Assembly (NCBI RefSeq): GCF_031769215.1
Contig: NW_026781889.1
Location: forward strand, 1,550,001-1,614,000
Direction: 5' to 3'
Length of the DNA stretch: 64,000 bases
Source of the DNA: Ylistrum balloti
Taxonomy: Eukaryota
Shown: one piece after another, positions 49,601 to 62,015 of the stretch
Position numbering within the stretch: the stretch's first letter is position 1
Layout: each line of letters opens with the position of its first letter
The notes under the pieces: model-generated
Database searches by the model: none
What the model was told of the DNA's origin: nothing
What the model saw: only the letters and a program-made list of their open reading frames with translations
Made by a program: the position numbers and the translations under genes

Positions 49601-52204
49601 GAGTATTATATCTAAGCACCTTCAGTTCACTACAGGGTAAATACAATGCGAATGTAGGATGTATAATTGGAAGCATTTGATGGAGTTTCGTTTTCAACAT
49701 CTGTTTTTTTTTTTTTTCTTTTTCACTGTATTGTTCAGTTTATCCCACAGTATAAATAGTACAGACTCCTGACTTTTTTGTTTTAATATTAATCATTTGT
49801 GCCAAATGTACAGGATTGCTGGCTGGGATGGACGTCGTTTTCCAAGACTTGCTGAAAAGATCCACATTGGGGACCAGTTGATATCAGTGGAAGATGTGAG
49901 AGTGACCAGTTCAGTCCAAGCATCTAAGTTATTGAAACAGACTCAATCTCAACGTGTCACTTTTGTGGTCAAACGTCTCCCTTATGCTACCATTTTGGCT
50001 ATTCGTAGGAATCACGATAGGGAGAATCTCGGTATTACCAGAGAAGGAGGTACAGCAGAGGTAAGACATCTATAAGATAAATGTCTGTATGATAAACCAT
50101 AGTTCTGGTGTGTGAGGTATGTCTGTATGATAAACCATAGTTCTGGTGTGTGAGGTATGTCTGTATGATAAACCATATTTCTGGTGTGTGAGGTATGTCT
50201 GTATGATAAACCATAGTTCTGGTGTGTTTGGTATTGTCTGTATGATAAGACCATAGTTCTGGTGTGTGAGGTATATCTGTATGATAAACCATAGTTCTGT
50301 TGTGTTTGGTATTGTCTGTATGATAAACCATAGGCCTGGTGTATGATGTATTGTCTGTATGATAAACCATAGTTCTGGTGTGTTTGGTTTTGTCTGTATG
50401 ATAAACCATAGTTCTGGTGTGTGAGGTACAGTTTATACGGAATTGAGACCCAAGCTTCACCCAAAGATGTCTCAGCCCAGTTCTGAACAAAATACTGTCA
50501 TGCCAAGAATTGAAGAAGATTTCCAAGATTTTTCCTCTTGTGTTCCACCCCATAGGCCCTTGAAGACCCAGACCCAACATTTATGCAAAATTTGTTTGCC
50601 TTCATGCAAGGATGCTTCTGACCAAATTTGTTAATAACACCTTCTTTTCTTTGGACTGGTGATATGAAAATTGCTACATGCTTTGGAAAAGAAAATAGAG
50701 GAGGTTTATTGAAGAGGGGTTGGGGAGGATATTTTAGAATGAAAACAGCTTATTTTGTATGATTGGTTTATGTTATATACATAGATCACCTATGTGGATC
50801 CGAATGGCCTTGTGGCTAGATGTGGTCTTCCAAAGCGAGCCAAGATGGTGGATGGCGTTGGTGAATGTAACTGGATGCTTACGGAAATAAATAGTAGATC
50901 ACTCAACTTCACATATAAAGGGGAGGAGGTATGTCTGAAATTCTTGAAATATGGAAAGTTTTGATAAAAAAAAAAGAACAAAGTTTTGGATAGATTTTCT
51001 GGAATTATTTCGCCCCTTTTTTCGGAATTTAAAGATATTTTAAAGCTTTTTCTATATAACTACACTGTGTGAAATTCCCAGCCTGATAAAAACAGAAATG
51101 TCTTGATGTGGTGCACTAGTATACTTTAAAGGATCGATACTTGCTCTTCTGTCATTTTGTAGAAATAGCAGATTGCTGATTGATAGTTTCTTAATTTTTT
51201 AGGTAGGTTAAACATTTTGTAAATAATGCTAGCTGAGACGTAGTGTATTATGTGTATTATTTCTCTGTGGCTGAACATTATGACATAGTACAAAAGGCAC
51301 ACAAGTGAATAGCACCTTTTGATACAAATATAGAGCTAGATACAGCAGAGCCAAACAATGAATTAAACTGCATCGTACAGCTGTTTTGTCCTTCAAGGAC
51401 TCGTCAGTGATGCTAAGAGCCTAAATGTTAAAGCCTAGGAGCTATACTGTACGAGGAGATATAGTGACATATTGTTCAGAATGCACACATATACTTAACA
51501 TATTCTTCTGAAATTACCAAATTTAGGAAAATTAAGTAATTGATTGAAATACTGTGTAGTAGGTAATATTTGTGGGAGATTATATTTTATTCAGTCATCA
51601 AAGATAGCGTGAAATTAAATACTTAGCAAACATCTGACATCAACAAAATATAAGGAAATCTGTGTTTTATGACTGTTAACATGTATACCAATGTATAGAC
51701 ATGTGCAAAATTCAATAAATGTGAACTAGCACAAACTGGGACAACTGCAAAATATGAGGACGCAAAATGTGAGTCAGATATTGATTAAATGAAACAACAA
51801 CACACTGTGTGCTGCTATAGCCCCTCCCTATCTAGATTTTGACATTTCTTTTGATCAATTTTAATCTTGTTTAGTTGCCTTTAAGGTTTTAAAATGGAGG
51901 CGTCTAGCATCACTGATAAGTCTAAGAAAAAAAACACAGGTGTATGGCACAGTTTAAATCATTGTTTGGCTCTTCTGCATTAAGTTCTAAATATGTAATG
52001 AAATGTGCTGTTCACCTGTGTGTCTTCTGTACAATCTTCTATAACCTTTTATGTATCAATAGCAATATATTTTTTTGGCAGATTGAGAGATTGCTGAATG
52101 CTGTTGGGAGAGACATCTCGATTGTAGTACAACCTGTGGACTTTGTGAAACAAATGAAAAAACAGCTAAAAAAACTGAAGAACTACAAAGATTATCTCTA
52201 CTGA
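37600..52204 (+). CDS. PH-domain, Tyr/Pro-rich linker, tandem PDZ-like scaffold protein; join(37600..37692, 38446..38666, 39574..39634, 42956..43265, 45860..47791, 49102..49291, 49814..50060, 50785..50928, 52082..52204), 1106 aa
   Basis: Nine exons splice in frame (3321 nt) with GT-AG sites and matching phases (0,2,0,1,1,2,0,0). In-frame TGA 9 nt upstream of the ATG. PH hallmarks IIKQGYLKK...ITAESRDQMLDW. PDZ-like IHIGDQLISVEDVRV and LGITREGG..ITYVDPNGLVARCGL..WMLTEIN. Confidence 0.85.
38446..38666 (+). CDS. PH-PDZ gene coding exon 2 (PH core)
   Basis: Long polypyrimidine tract tttag|; LFESSRWYMFIVRNGRPFLEIYE...VLEITAES; donor AG|GTATCA. Confidence 0.85.
38885..39460. repeat. 41-bp minisatellite (GATCCCATCCCCAGGTGAAGATCTGTGGTGTGGGGTTCAAG)
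   Basis: About 14 units, intronic. Confidence 0.95.
39574..39634 (+). CDS. PH-PDZ gene coding exon 3 (PH C-terminal helix)
   Basis: ttgcag|G; DQMLDWCRNLERTL with the conserved PH Trp; donor |GTAAGT. Confidence 0.85.
40198..41130. repeat. 34-bp minisatellite (ATAGTTTCCCTGGTAGTAGGAGGTGTGGGATCTC)
   Basis: About 27 units, intronic. Confidence 0.96.
41745..42302. mobile_element. HINE-like element
   Basis: CCATCCGCCATCC microsatellite-like start; terminal hairpin TTAAGGCCCATGGGCCTCTTGT. Confidence 0.5.
42695..42845 (-). mobile_element. Penelope-LTR-like repeat, copy 2 (hammerhead core eroded)
   Basis: Shares gaatagcac.tttt...tacaaat, aaactgcatc and ga(c/t)gctaagagcctaa with the 51.3-kb copy. 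Confidence 0.55.
42956..43265 (+). CDS. PH-PDZ gene coding exon 4 (acidic linker)
   Basis: ttacag|AAA; KQSTDHVYVEYP...SDDDDDVD...PTKLK; donor G|GTATCA. Confidence 0.8.
43600..45530. mobile_element. Degenerate GGTCAAAGGTCAAGGTCA-repeat element interrupted by the 44009-45058 transposon
   Basis: The motif occurs at 43841 and again at 45200, 45460 and nearby, on both sides of the insertion. Confidence 0.4.
44009..45058. mobile_element. Non-autonomous DNA transposon (hAT-like) with 15/16-bp TIRs and a 5-bp TSD
   Basis: TIRs CAGAGGTGTCCAATTC and (reverse complement) CAGGGTGTTCAATTC; CCCTA flanks both ends (44004-44008, 45059-45063); subterminal CTAGCCC motifs. Confidence 0.75.
45860..47791 (+). 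CDS. PH-PDZ gene coding exon 5 (1932-nt disordered Ser/Pro/Tyr-motif exon)
   Basis: Lies within the 693-aa ORF; tttcag|AT acceptor; donor G|GTATGA. Confidence 0.9.
49102..49291 (+). CDS. PH-PDZ gene coding exon 6
   Basis: cttttcag|TG; GRQMSLTERQQIRQ...GVGLDISP...NGVW; donor TG|GTACGT. Confidence 0.82.
49814..50060 (+). CDS. PH-PDZ gene coding exon 7 (PDZ-like 1 and start of 2)
   Basis: tacag|G; IAGWDGRRFPRLAEKIHIGDQLISV...LGITREGGTAE; donor |GTAAGA. Confidence 0.87.
50082..50430. repeat. 38/39-bp minisatellite (TGTCTGTATGATAAACCATAGTTCTGGTGTGTGAGGTA)
   Basis: About 9 units beginning 21 nt after the donor at 50061. Confidence 0.95.
50785..50928 (+). CDS. PH-PDZ gene coding exon 8 (PDZ-like 2)
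   Basis: acatag|ATC; ITYVDPNGLVARCGLP...WMLTEINSRSLNFTYKGEE; donor |GTATGT. Absent from the ORF track. Confidence 0.85.
51285..51440 (-). mobile_element. Penelope-LTR-like repeat carrying a minimal hammerhead motif (copy 3, most complete)
   Basis: Minus strand GCATCA CTGACGA GTCCT TGA AGGAC AAAAC AGCTGT A CGATGC at 51413-51370; homologous to 16115-16224 and 42695-42845. Confidence 0.7.
52082..52204 (+). CDS. PH-PDZ gene last coding exon
   Basis: ggcag|ATT; IERLLNAVGRDISIVVQPVDFVKQMKKQLKKLKNYKDYLY then TGA. Confidence 0.87.
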   Translation: MERLLNAVGRDISIVVQPVDFVKQMKKQLKKLKNYKDYLY

Positions 52205-54564
52205 TTCTTCAGACTTCCTCTACAAAACCTGACATTGCAGAACCAGGAATGAAATACATACAATAGCAACTAAAAAGTGGAAACTTCACAAAGATTGCAT
52301 TTTAATTGTCTTCACACCATTTCTGATGTATATCAGTAAGATTCATGCAAGTTTTTTCAGGAAGAGATTGAAGAATTTTAACTACTGACTCTTTTTATTT
52401 ATATTGAATCTTTGAGCTGTTTTTGGAATTAACTTTTATGAAAGACTTCCAGGAGTAACTGACAATCTTTCAGAAGTACAAAGATTATTCTCTGGTAGTG
52501 GTCATAGTTAAATCTACAATGGAAGTTTTAAGTTAAATGTTATGTGTTGCCATAGTCAATGAAATGTGAGATAGGTTTTGTTTAAATGTTGTCTTTGAAG
52601 GTAAGAAATTATTAGAAAAAAAAGCTATATGTGAGCGACTCATCAGTCATATACTATAGATTTTGATTTGTTATATTTGAAGTGTTAAATTTATGCAAAA
52701 TGTTTAAAATGCATTGTTTTTATTGACAAGATATTACCCTGTCTATGCTTTATGATAAAAAGTATTGTCAGGGCTAGTGTTTCAATACTAATTGGCTTGA
52801 GTCACAAATATTACATTTAATTGTAATTAACTCATTGAAAGATAATGATTTGAAGTTAAAGGATTCATTTAGCATTTTCAAATAGAAATGAAATTCAGAA
52901 TTTGAATTCATTTAAAAGAATCTATGTGGATCGGAACTACACAATGACCAGGCTTAAAAATTACAGTATTGTATCAAATCTTGTTCATGAATATTTTAAG
53001 CTGATCATGTGACCAGTCCAGATTATATGCTGGTTTTATATGCCCATCAAAGTTCTACAGGGTGTATTATTATATATATGGAATGGTTTGTAAAATGTAA
53101 TTTCATCGTTTTGATTTTGCTTTTTATTAGATGTACAACATATTGTTTGTGACTTGATAAGGCAAGAAATTATTTGGAAATAAAAGTTAATGTGGAAATA
53201 TTGTTTAGCATTGGTGAAACGTACATAATATACATTCTTCATACTATAAATCTCATGTTAATGATTTGCTTTAAAGAACCTAAAACTGTTTAACTAATAT
53301 GGTGTTAAAATCGATTTTAGAAGTTAATCATATTCCGATAAATCTATGAGAAGCAGAATTATAAATTCTGGTTCCCAGATTTGAAGTTCATTTTGCAGGT
53401 TGACATCATAATCTACTTCCAATAAATACTTGTGACATGTAATGTTAAAACTGAATTCAACTTGAAAATTGTAGTTCAATATGGACAGTCATTACCCATG
53501 GATGGTGTGGTAATGTAAATTTGATTTGATTAATCTTATAGATGAAAGCCACAGAAACACAATATGATAAAACACAATATTATACATGTACAGTTTTGGA
53601 GACAATATCAAGATGCTTTAATAAATGTTTAATTGAAACCATGCTAATTAAAAAGCTTTAAATGTAGTTTTGATGTTCAATTAAAAATATATTTTTTATG
53701 AATCTTTGATATAGGAGAAAGGAATGTCCTAATTTTTGTTTTTGTATTGATTTTTTTTCTTGCTTTTTGTTCTTTAGTAAGCAGAAGCATAATATGTAGA
53801 TATACTGTTCTTGTAAATCATCAGCTGTTTGGTTTTTTCAAAAATTTCGATTTTCACAGCCCTCTACATAAGAACAGCTTTATAGAGTACGATATATTCC
53901 AATGTTCAGTAAGTGCCTTGTGCATTTGAAAAATGAAGTGTTGAGGCACTTATCACAAATATTTATTGGAATCTGTTTCTTTCTTCTTACCTCAAGTTGG
54001 CAGGTTTGCCTGACCATGGCCATATGAAACCAAACATTCCAACTTAAATTTTTTCTGCTTTGTTGCTTTATCTCTCATTTTCCTGTCTTTACATCTAAAC
54101 TTGCACCACTTGTTTTACTATCTATTTATCAAACATCTTAGCCAGCATTTAAAAAGCATATTTATTACAACATGTATACACCATCCAAATTCTGGTGGGT
54201 TTACTAAACCACAAATACTAATAATACCAAGAAACCAGGGAAGAAATTTTCCATTAATAATTTTGTTGATGTTGTTTATTGAGAAGTTGCCCTTTGAGAT
54301 GTTTTCTTGGTTTCATCATTAAAAGCAAACCCAAATTAATGGTATAAAGAGATTTTTTACATACTTTTAAACCTTTAAAGCTGATACCATTTTTATTAAA
54401 CATATAAACTATTACATTAACAAATTTCCTAATTAGAGAATTATGGTATCTTTACTCAAAGAATATCATATATCTTATTTCCGAAGGACAATGACAGTAA
54501 ACTGAATATATAAAAAAAATACTTTGCTGTGATTTCTTTTGCTTAAATATTATCTAAGACTGGA

Positions 54565-55505
54565 ATTAGTCTCATTATCATCACCTGTTTTGTAACATCC
54601 TCTCTCTGGACTAGGACTAAAGATAGTCTCATTATCATACCTGTTTTGTTTTCCTCTCGCTGAGCTAGGACTAAAGATAGTCTCATTATCATATCTGTTT
54701 TATATTGTCCTATCTCTGAACTAGGGATATCTATAGTCTTATTATCATACCTGTTTTGTTTTCCTCTCTCTGAGCTAGGGCTATCTATAGTCTCATTATC
54801 ATATCTGTTTTGTATTGTCCTATCTCTGAACTAGGGCTATCTATAGTCTCATTATCATATCTGTTTTGTATTGTCCTTTCTCTGAACTAGGGCTATCTAT
54901 AGTCTTATTATCATACCTGTTTTGTTTTCCTCTCTCTGAGCTAGGGCTATCTATAGTCTCATTATCATATCTGTTTTGTATTGTCCTATCTCTGAACTAG
55001 GGCTATCTATAGTCTCATTATCATATCTGTTTTGTATTGTCCTATCTCTGAACTAGGGCTATCTATAGTCTCATTATCATATCTGTTTTGTATTGTCCTT
55101 TCTCTGAACTAGGGATATCTATAGTCTTATTATCATACCTGTTTTGTATTGTCCTATCTCTGAACTAGGGCTATCTATAGTCTCATTATCATATCTGTTT
55201 TGTATTGTCCTATCTCTGAACTAGGGATATCTATAGTCTTATTATCATACCTGTTTTGTATTGTCCTATCTCTGAACTAGGGCTATCTATAGTCTCATTA
55301 TCATATCTGTTTTGTATTGTCCTATCTCTGAACTAGGGATATCTATAGTCTCATTATCATACCTGTTTTGTTTTCCTCTATCTGAGCTAGGGCTATCTAT
55401 AGTCTTATTATCATACCTGTTTTGTATTGTCCTATTTCTGAGCTAGGACTAACAATAGTATTATCACCATATCTGTTTTGTATTGTCCTCTCTCTGAGCT
55501 AGGAC
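54565..55505. repeat. 55/56-bp minisatellite (TAGTCTCATTATCATATCTGTTTTGTATTGTCCTATCTCTGAACTAGGGCTATCTA)
   Basis: About 17 units. Confidence 0.96.
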
Positions 55506-57444
55506 TGTGTAATTTTGTTCTCTATTGATTGTTATGATAGCCTGAATAGAAATAGAATTATGAGACTTGGCATTAGTTCAGAATTCATACAGGTTTTTAA
55601 CTTTTTATCCCGTAATACAGAATTTCTGACTCCTGCTATGTGACTTCATAATTTCAAAACATTCCAAAATAATAACTCAGAACTTTTCTTAATCTTCATT
55701 TGTAGAATCCTACTTATAAACCCACTTAACATGAGAACTCTGTTTATATGTAGATCAAGTTAAAAACTGCATTAAAATAAACTGTTAATCTAAGTTGAGA
55801 TCAGATCCATGGATTCTCTTTTGGATAACTTCAATATCACATTCTTTCTCATGGCTGCTCTTCTCCTCAAATTTTATTTGAATTTTCTAGATCAGCATGA
55901 TTATCATGATTATGAAATATGTTTGGTATGAAATAGGGCCGTTATTTACATGCTGTATTTACATGAAATATTCCTTGTGTATATGAATTGGATTTGTAGA
56001 ATTGATGCTTAACTTTAAATATCCTTTGATAAAGGTATTTTCTTTCTATGATAAAATGAAATATTACAGCCATTTGTATGCTTGGTTTCAGTGTTAAAAG
56101 GCATTCCTGATTGTATTCATGTTAGCTCTTAAGTGTTGAAACATTCCTTTTGTCCAAGGATGAATGGTTTTTTAAAAGAAAATGCTTATTGAAACACAAA
56201 TACAGATGAAATTTTAAAACCAAAATAATGAATTGTTCATCTTTTACTTGATCCTTGTTCTTTTTTAAAATTGATATTGCTTATGTTGTCAATATCTGTG
56301 GAATGTAATGAAAATATGGGATGCAACATTCTTGTTGACAATCATGCATAATCTAACTGAATGTTTAGTATAACAAAATATTGTGAGTTATTGTGAGGAA
56401 AATGTACATAAGCATTTCATTTCAATTTGAATTGCAGAAAACTGTGTATGTACTTTAATTTTTTTCAATCTGTCTCAAACCGAATTTTGTCAAAGGATTA
56501 CATTCTGGCAACACTAATGTTTTCTTTTGGCATATATAAGTGATATCACTGCCATTTGGATTTTAGGAACAGTTTTGCCTTTAGCTTTTATTGCTTGGAA
56601 TGTTTATCTGATAAAACAATGTATCATGAATTTGTATTGGTGTGTAATGGAACATGCTATTAATTACAATTATCAAAAGTGTTTTCTTTTCATATTTAAA
56701 AGCAAATAACTTTCATTTATGAAATTATGATTTTTTTTTAAAAAATATCTCCATTATAGAAACATTCATTGTTGATTGGCAATAAATCGCTCTGTGAACC
56801 ACAAATCAATTTACTGAGGCATTCATAGTAAATGCCTGAAGAAATTGTAGTTGTGATATTGTGGCAGTGTTATGCTAATGTAATTACATTGTATGCTGTG
56901 GCATTCATAGGTCATGTCATTCATAAACCTATGAATGCCTAAAGAATTTTGTGGCAGTAAATTTTTGACAGTGCCATGCTTATATAATTATGAAGATTAT
57001 ATAAATGACTGTATTACACATATTTTTTGTGTGTTATTACTTGACATAGCAGTATCTTGAGCTACCAGTATATGCCATATTGAATTTATAATTGGAGTGT
57101 CAGAGATACATAGAGCTTACAGTATTATTTACTAGAATATAAGATTATAATCTCCCATTGCAGATTGGCAATAGATAAAATACTTTTATAGAGTAAATTG
57201 AAAATTATAAGAGTATTTGTTCATCCAGTTTTCAACAATTTTGAAAATTTACTTCCTATGCGTTTGTGTTTACTATTTAGAATATCTTACCGCCCTGTTT
57301 AGCTTTAGTTGGAAGTTAGAATATCTTACAGCCTCTGTTTAGCTTAAGCTAGTATAGATCAAACAAGCTAAAATGCATTGTGCTTTAATTCATTTAAATA
57401 TGTTCAGTTTGGATTTTAGAGTATTTCCCTGAAGTTAGATATTT

Positions 57445-58235
57445 GAGACAGGATTACGAGCCTATTTCCCTGTATTTAGAGACATTAGACAAGATTACAA
57501 TCTTATTTTCCTGTATTTAGAGACATCAGACAGGATTACGAGCCTATTTCCCTGTATTTAGAGACATCAGACAAGATTACAAGCCTATTTCCCTGTATTT
57601 AGAGATATCAGACAGGATTATGAGCCTATTTCCCTGTATTTAGAGATATCAGACAGGATTACGAGCCTATTTCCCTGTATTTAGAGATATCAGACAAGAT
57701 TACGAGCCTATTTCCCTGTATTTAGAGATATCAGACAAGATTACAATCTTATTTCCCTGTATTTAGAGATATCAGACAGGATTACGAGCCTATTTCCCTG
57801 TATTTAGAGATATCAGACAAGATTACAAGCCTATTTCCCTGTATTTAGAGATATCAGACAAGATTACGAGCCTATTTCCCTGTATTTAGAGACATCAGAC
57901 AAGATTACAAGCCTATTTCCCTGTATTTAGAGATATCAGACAGGATTACAAGCCTATTTCCCTGTATTTAGAGATATCAGACAGGATTACGAGCCTATTT
58001 CCCTGTATTTAGAGATATCAGACAAGATTACAATCTTATTTTCCTGTATTTAGAGATATCAGAAAGGATTACAAGCCTATTCCCTGTATTTAGAGATATC
58101 AGACAGGATTACAAGCCTATTTCCCTGTATTTAGAGACATCAGACAGGATTACAAGCCTATTTCCCTGTATTTAGAGATATCAGACAAGATTACAAGCCT
58201 ATTTCCCTGTATTTAGAGACATCAGACAGGATTAA
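57445..58235. repeat. 41-bp minisatellite A (CTATTTCCCTGTATTTAGAGATATCAGACAGGATTACAAGC)
   Basis: About 19 units. Confidence 0.96.
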
Positions 58236-58324
58236 GAGGCTGTTTTGTTGTAGTTAGATATACAGCTTTTGGGAATTTTTTCTGTTTTATATATCAGAAA
58301 AGATTAAGAGACTTTTTGCTTAGG

Positions 58325-58685
58325 TACCAAGCAAGATTAAGTAACTATTTCCCTGTAGTAAAATAGATCAAACAAGATTAAGTAACTATTTCCCTGTAGT
58401 AAAATAGATCAAACAAGATTAAGTAACTATTTCCCTGTAGTAAAATAGATCAAACAAATATAAGTGACTATTTCCCTATAGTAAAATAGATCAAACAAGA
58501 TTAAGTAACTATTTCCCTGTAGTAAAATAGATCAAACAAGATTAAGTAACTATTTCCCTGTAGTAAAATAGATCAAACAAATATAAGTGACTATTTCCCT
58601 GTAGTAAAAAATATCAAACAAATATAAGTAACTATTTCCCTGTAGTTAAATAGATCAGACCAGATTTAGTGGCTATTTCCCTTCA
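58325..58685. repeat. 41-bp minisatellite B (CTATTTCCCTGTAGTAAAATAGATCAAACAAGATTAAGTAA)
   Basis: About 9 units; related to array A. Confidence 0.95.
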
Positions 58686-58903
58686 AAGCAAGGCTAAGAC
58701 AATACACATCAGATAAGATATTTCTTAATATTGCACTAAAATTCTTTAGGGGAAGAAAGAAATTAAAGCAGATTCAAGCACCTGTGAGCTTTAAATAGTA
58801 ATAATCAGTGATGATTCTTTGTTCTTTTAGTGAAATGTATATACAAAATGTGTATACATGTATGTATATGATTATACTGGTATACTTACAACTGTTTAGA
58901 TTA

Positions 58904-59104
58904 CTGTAAAGTCACAAATTTTTGTGGGGGATTTATTTTTGCTGATTTTGTTGTTGCTGTCAATACACAAATACACACGATATTTAAAATAGGTAAAATA
59001 TTATATATAGAGGTGTATGTTTCAACAAAATTAAATGCCCATGAAAAAGCCATCTTTGAAAATACCACAAAAATTGAGCCCCTCAAAAATATATGAGTTA
59101 ACAG
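58904..59104. mobile_element. Tc1/mariner-type MITE, 201 bp, TA TSD
   Basis: TA|CTGTAAAGTCACAAATTTTTGTGGGG ... CCCCTCAAAAATATATGAGTTAACAG|TA (21/26 match). A more degenerate relative may lie at about 42340-42533. Confidence 0.6.
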
Positions 59105-61561
59105 TATATAAACTATCATTGAAGTTGGAGAGAGGGAAATCTTTCAAATTTGGATGCTTGACTTTCTTAATTGAATCCATGCCAGGGATAGCTTTATTTT
59201 CTCAATCATCCTTGAATTTTAGAATATCTTTCAGTTTTAGGACCAAATTAATTAAGGTATGCAACAGGCATCTATAAAGTCATATATAAAAGCTTGGTAC
59301 AGAAAAACATGAATTCTTAAAATATTTTTCAAGTTATTACATGTATATATAAATATATATCATTAAAAATTATATCCTAAAACTTGAAAGTTCTCTGAAG
59401 GTTTATGTATGATTGTGAAATATCTGTTTGTTGTTTGTTATTTGTAAATAAGATTATACCAGAAGCCTGAGTAGTGCATCACCCCAAGTCGTGCCAATTT
59501 TTGTACAAAGACGCCTAGATGTATGTAATATTTTTATCTAGCTCTTCAATGTAAGTACTTTATGATATATATCTGCTGAGTAGACCAAAACATATTTTGA
59601 AGATTTCTAACGGTATTTGCTTAGCAGAACATGTTTTGTGGATGTACATTTGTTGCCAGTGTTATTCTATATCACATTAAGGATAATATCTTTGTTTATT
59701 ACAAACATGATCACGAGTGATGAAAAAAACTTTTGTTAAGACTTACGAAGATACCTGATAACTTGAGGTCAACACATAGTTTTGTTGTTATCAACTTCAG
59801 GAAATATCTGTTAACTTTCTTGGATTGATAAAGCAGGACATTTTGAAAAATACTAATTTGAGTCTGTATTAGCATCTTGATTTTTTACCCATCAGTGGTT
59901 GCCCTGCTTTTTTTAGATGGCAAAAAATATGGTGACTTCTTTGTATTATTGTTATTACTATAACTTGATTTTTATAGTGACTGCTAAAATATGCTTATTT
60001 TGTTGATGATGGTGCACTGTTACTTTAGCAATATAATGGCTGTTACGACAAACAGTACAGTGTGCTAAAATCTTACTAGAATGGTAGTGATCGTGACTCA
60101 TGAGATTTATGAATTTCATTGCTTTACATGGTATGCAGTGTTAAGTTATGCCCATACTTATTTTCAGGCATAAGTAGAAAGTTTTATATCAAAGCTGAAT
60201 ATAGGAAATGTGTTTTTTGTATATAAGCATTGAAATGCTCTATTTAGTGTGAGGAGAAATAAACAATACAAAAAATGGGCAAATTTTTACCTGTGTACAA
60301 CAGATAAGGGTACTGAAAATAATTACATGTACACACTGTACTGATAATAACAATGGCGTGTGCTTTCTAAAAATATGTTTGCTGCTAGTACTCCAGTCTA
60401 ACAAGCTCCACCATATTAATTTTTTGATACATTTTCTTTATAAAGATTAGTTCTACTATGGACTTAGATACAGATAAATGTACATCTAAGTCCATGGTTC
60501 TACCTGATATTTTTTATTAGGATATAGAAGGTAGAATCAAGTAGAGTTAAAGATACACCTTGTAGATGAAATGATTATAGAAGATGTTAGTCCAGGTCTT
60601 TGCAAAAAAACAAACTTTTTGTTAACCTTTAAAAATTTGAACTACTTAAAATTAATCCCAACCTTTGCAGTATATTAGTATATTACAGTATGATAATAAC
60701 AAGATGAAGACAAACTACAAATATTGGGGAAAATATAGACATGAAAACATGTCAGGAAGAGAAAATTATTGTGTTAAAGGTGCTTGTAGTGATATTGTAT
60801 ATTTCAAAGAAAAATTTTAACCATACTGAGTGCATGGTAAAATGTTACACAAATATATACTTTGCATGGAATTTTGAAAATGACCTTAATGCTACGACCA
60901 ATATAAAAGAATTGAATAATGAAAAACTAGAGTGCTGATTAATATGTTACAATGCTAAAGCCTATTAATTATAAATATATCTGGAGGAGTTTTGATATCA
61001 AAGTTTGTTTATATTTGTTTGGTATTGTTTACCTAGTCAGCATCAATCCTAAGCTAGATAAAATAGATCTATAGTCTTGAAAAACTGAGCTAATACTAAG
61101 CTACTATTTTTTATAGAAAATCTTAAACAAAGTGAAAATTAGCCGATTCCGAGAAGTGTAAAACAAATCCTAAGCTCTGTTGAGCCAATTGTGAATGGAA
61201 TGTGTTGTGCCATGGGAGGAGCACATTGGAAGGTAACTATCGCATGTAACAGAAATGTCTGTATTTGCTTATTGCTATGGTTTTTGAAGCGTCCTGGAAA
61301 GAATCCTATTTATTGAATGTCATCTCGCAAAACACTGACTTGAATTTTTTTTTTTTTAATTTGAATATATGTCTTAAAAGACTACTTGTCCTTCATGAAA
61401 TCCTTCAACTATGACAGATTTTTAATTGTTAGGACATCAAGTTCCTTCCATGTCTCAGTCAGATTATCATATCTTTTACTGGTCTTGTAAAGCTAATAGC
61501 AAAAACACATAGAATTTACTAGGGAAAACAAAAACTGGCTTCAACCAGGAATTTTACTGTT

Positions 61562-62015
61562 AGATATCAAAACACACTAGCCAATATCATACATCAAAAC
61601 GCACTAGCCGATATCATATGTATATCAAAACACACTAGCAGATATCATATGTATATCAAAACACACTAGCCGATATCATATGTATATCAAAACACACTAG
61701 CCGATATCATATATCAAAACACACTAGCCGATATCATATATCAAAACACACTAGCCGATATCATATATCAAAACACACTAGCCGATATCATATATCAAAA
61801 CACACTAGCCGATATAATATGTATATCAAAACACACTAGCCGATATCATATATCAAAACACACTAGCCGATATCATATATCAAAACACACTAGCCGATAT
61901 CATATATCAAAACACACTAGCCGATATCATATATCAAAACACACTAGCCGATATCATATATCAAAACAATCTATCAGATATCATATATCAAAACAATCTA
62001 TCAGATATCAAAACA
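61562..62015. repeat. 27/31-bp minisatellite (GCCGATATCATATATCAAAACACACTA)
   Basis: About 16 units. Confidence 0.95.

Noticed and set aside
25020-58685. Recurrence of a 41-bp period in four arrays
   Set aside because: Apart from the two adjacent sister arrays the monomers are unrelated; with this many arrays coincidence is plausible.
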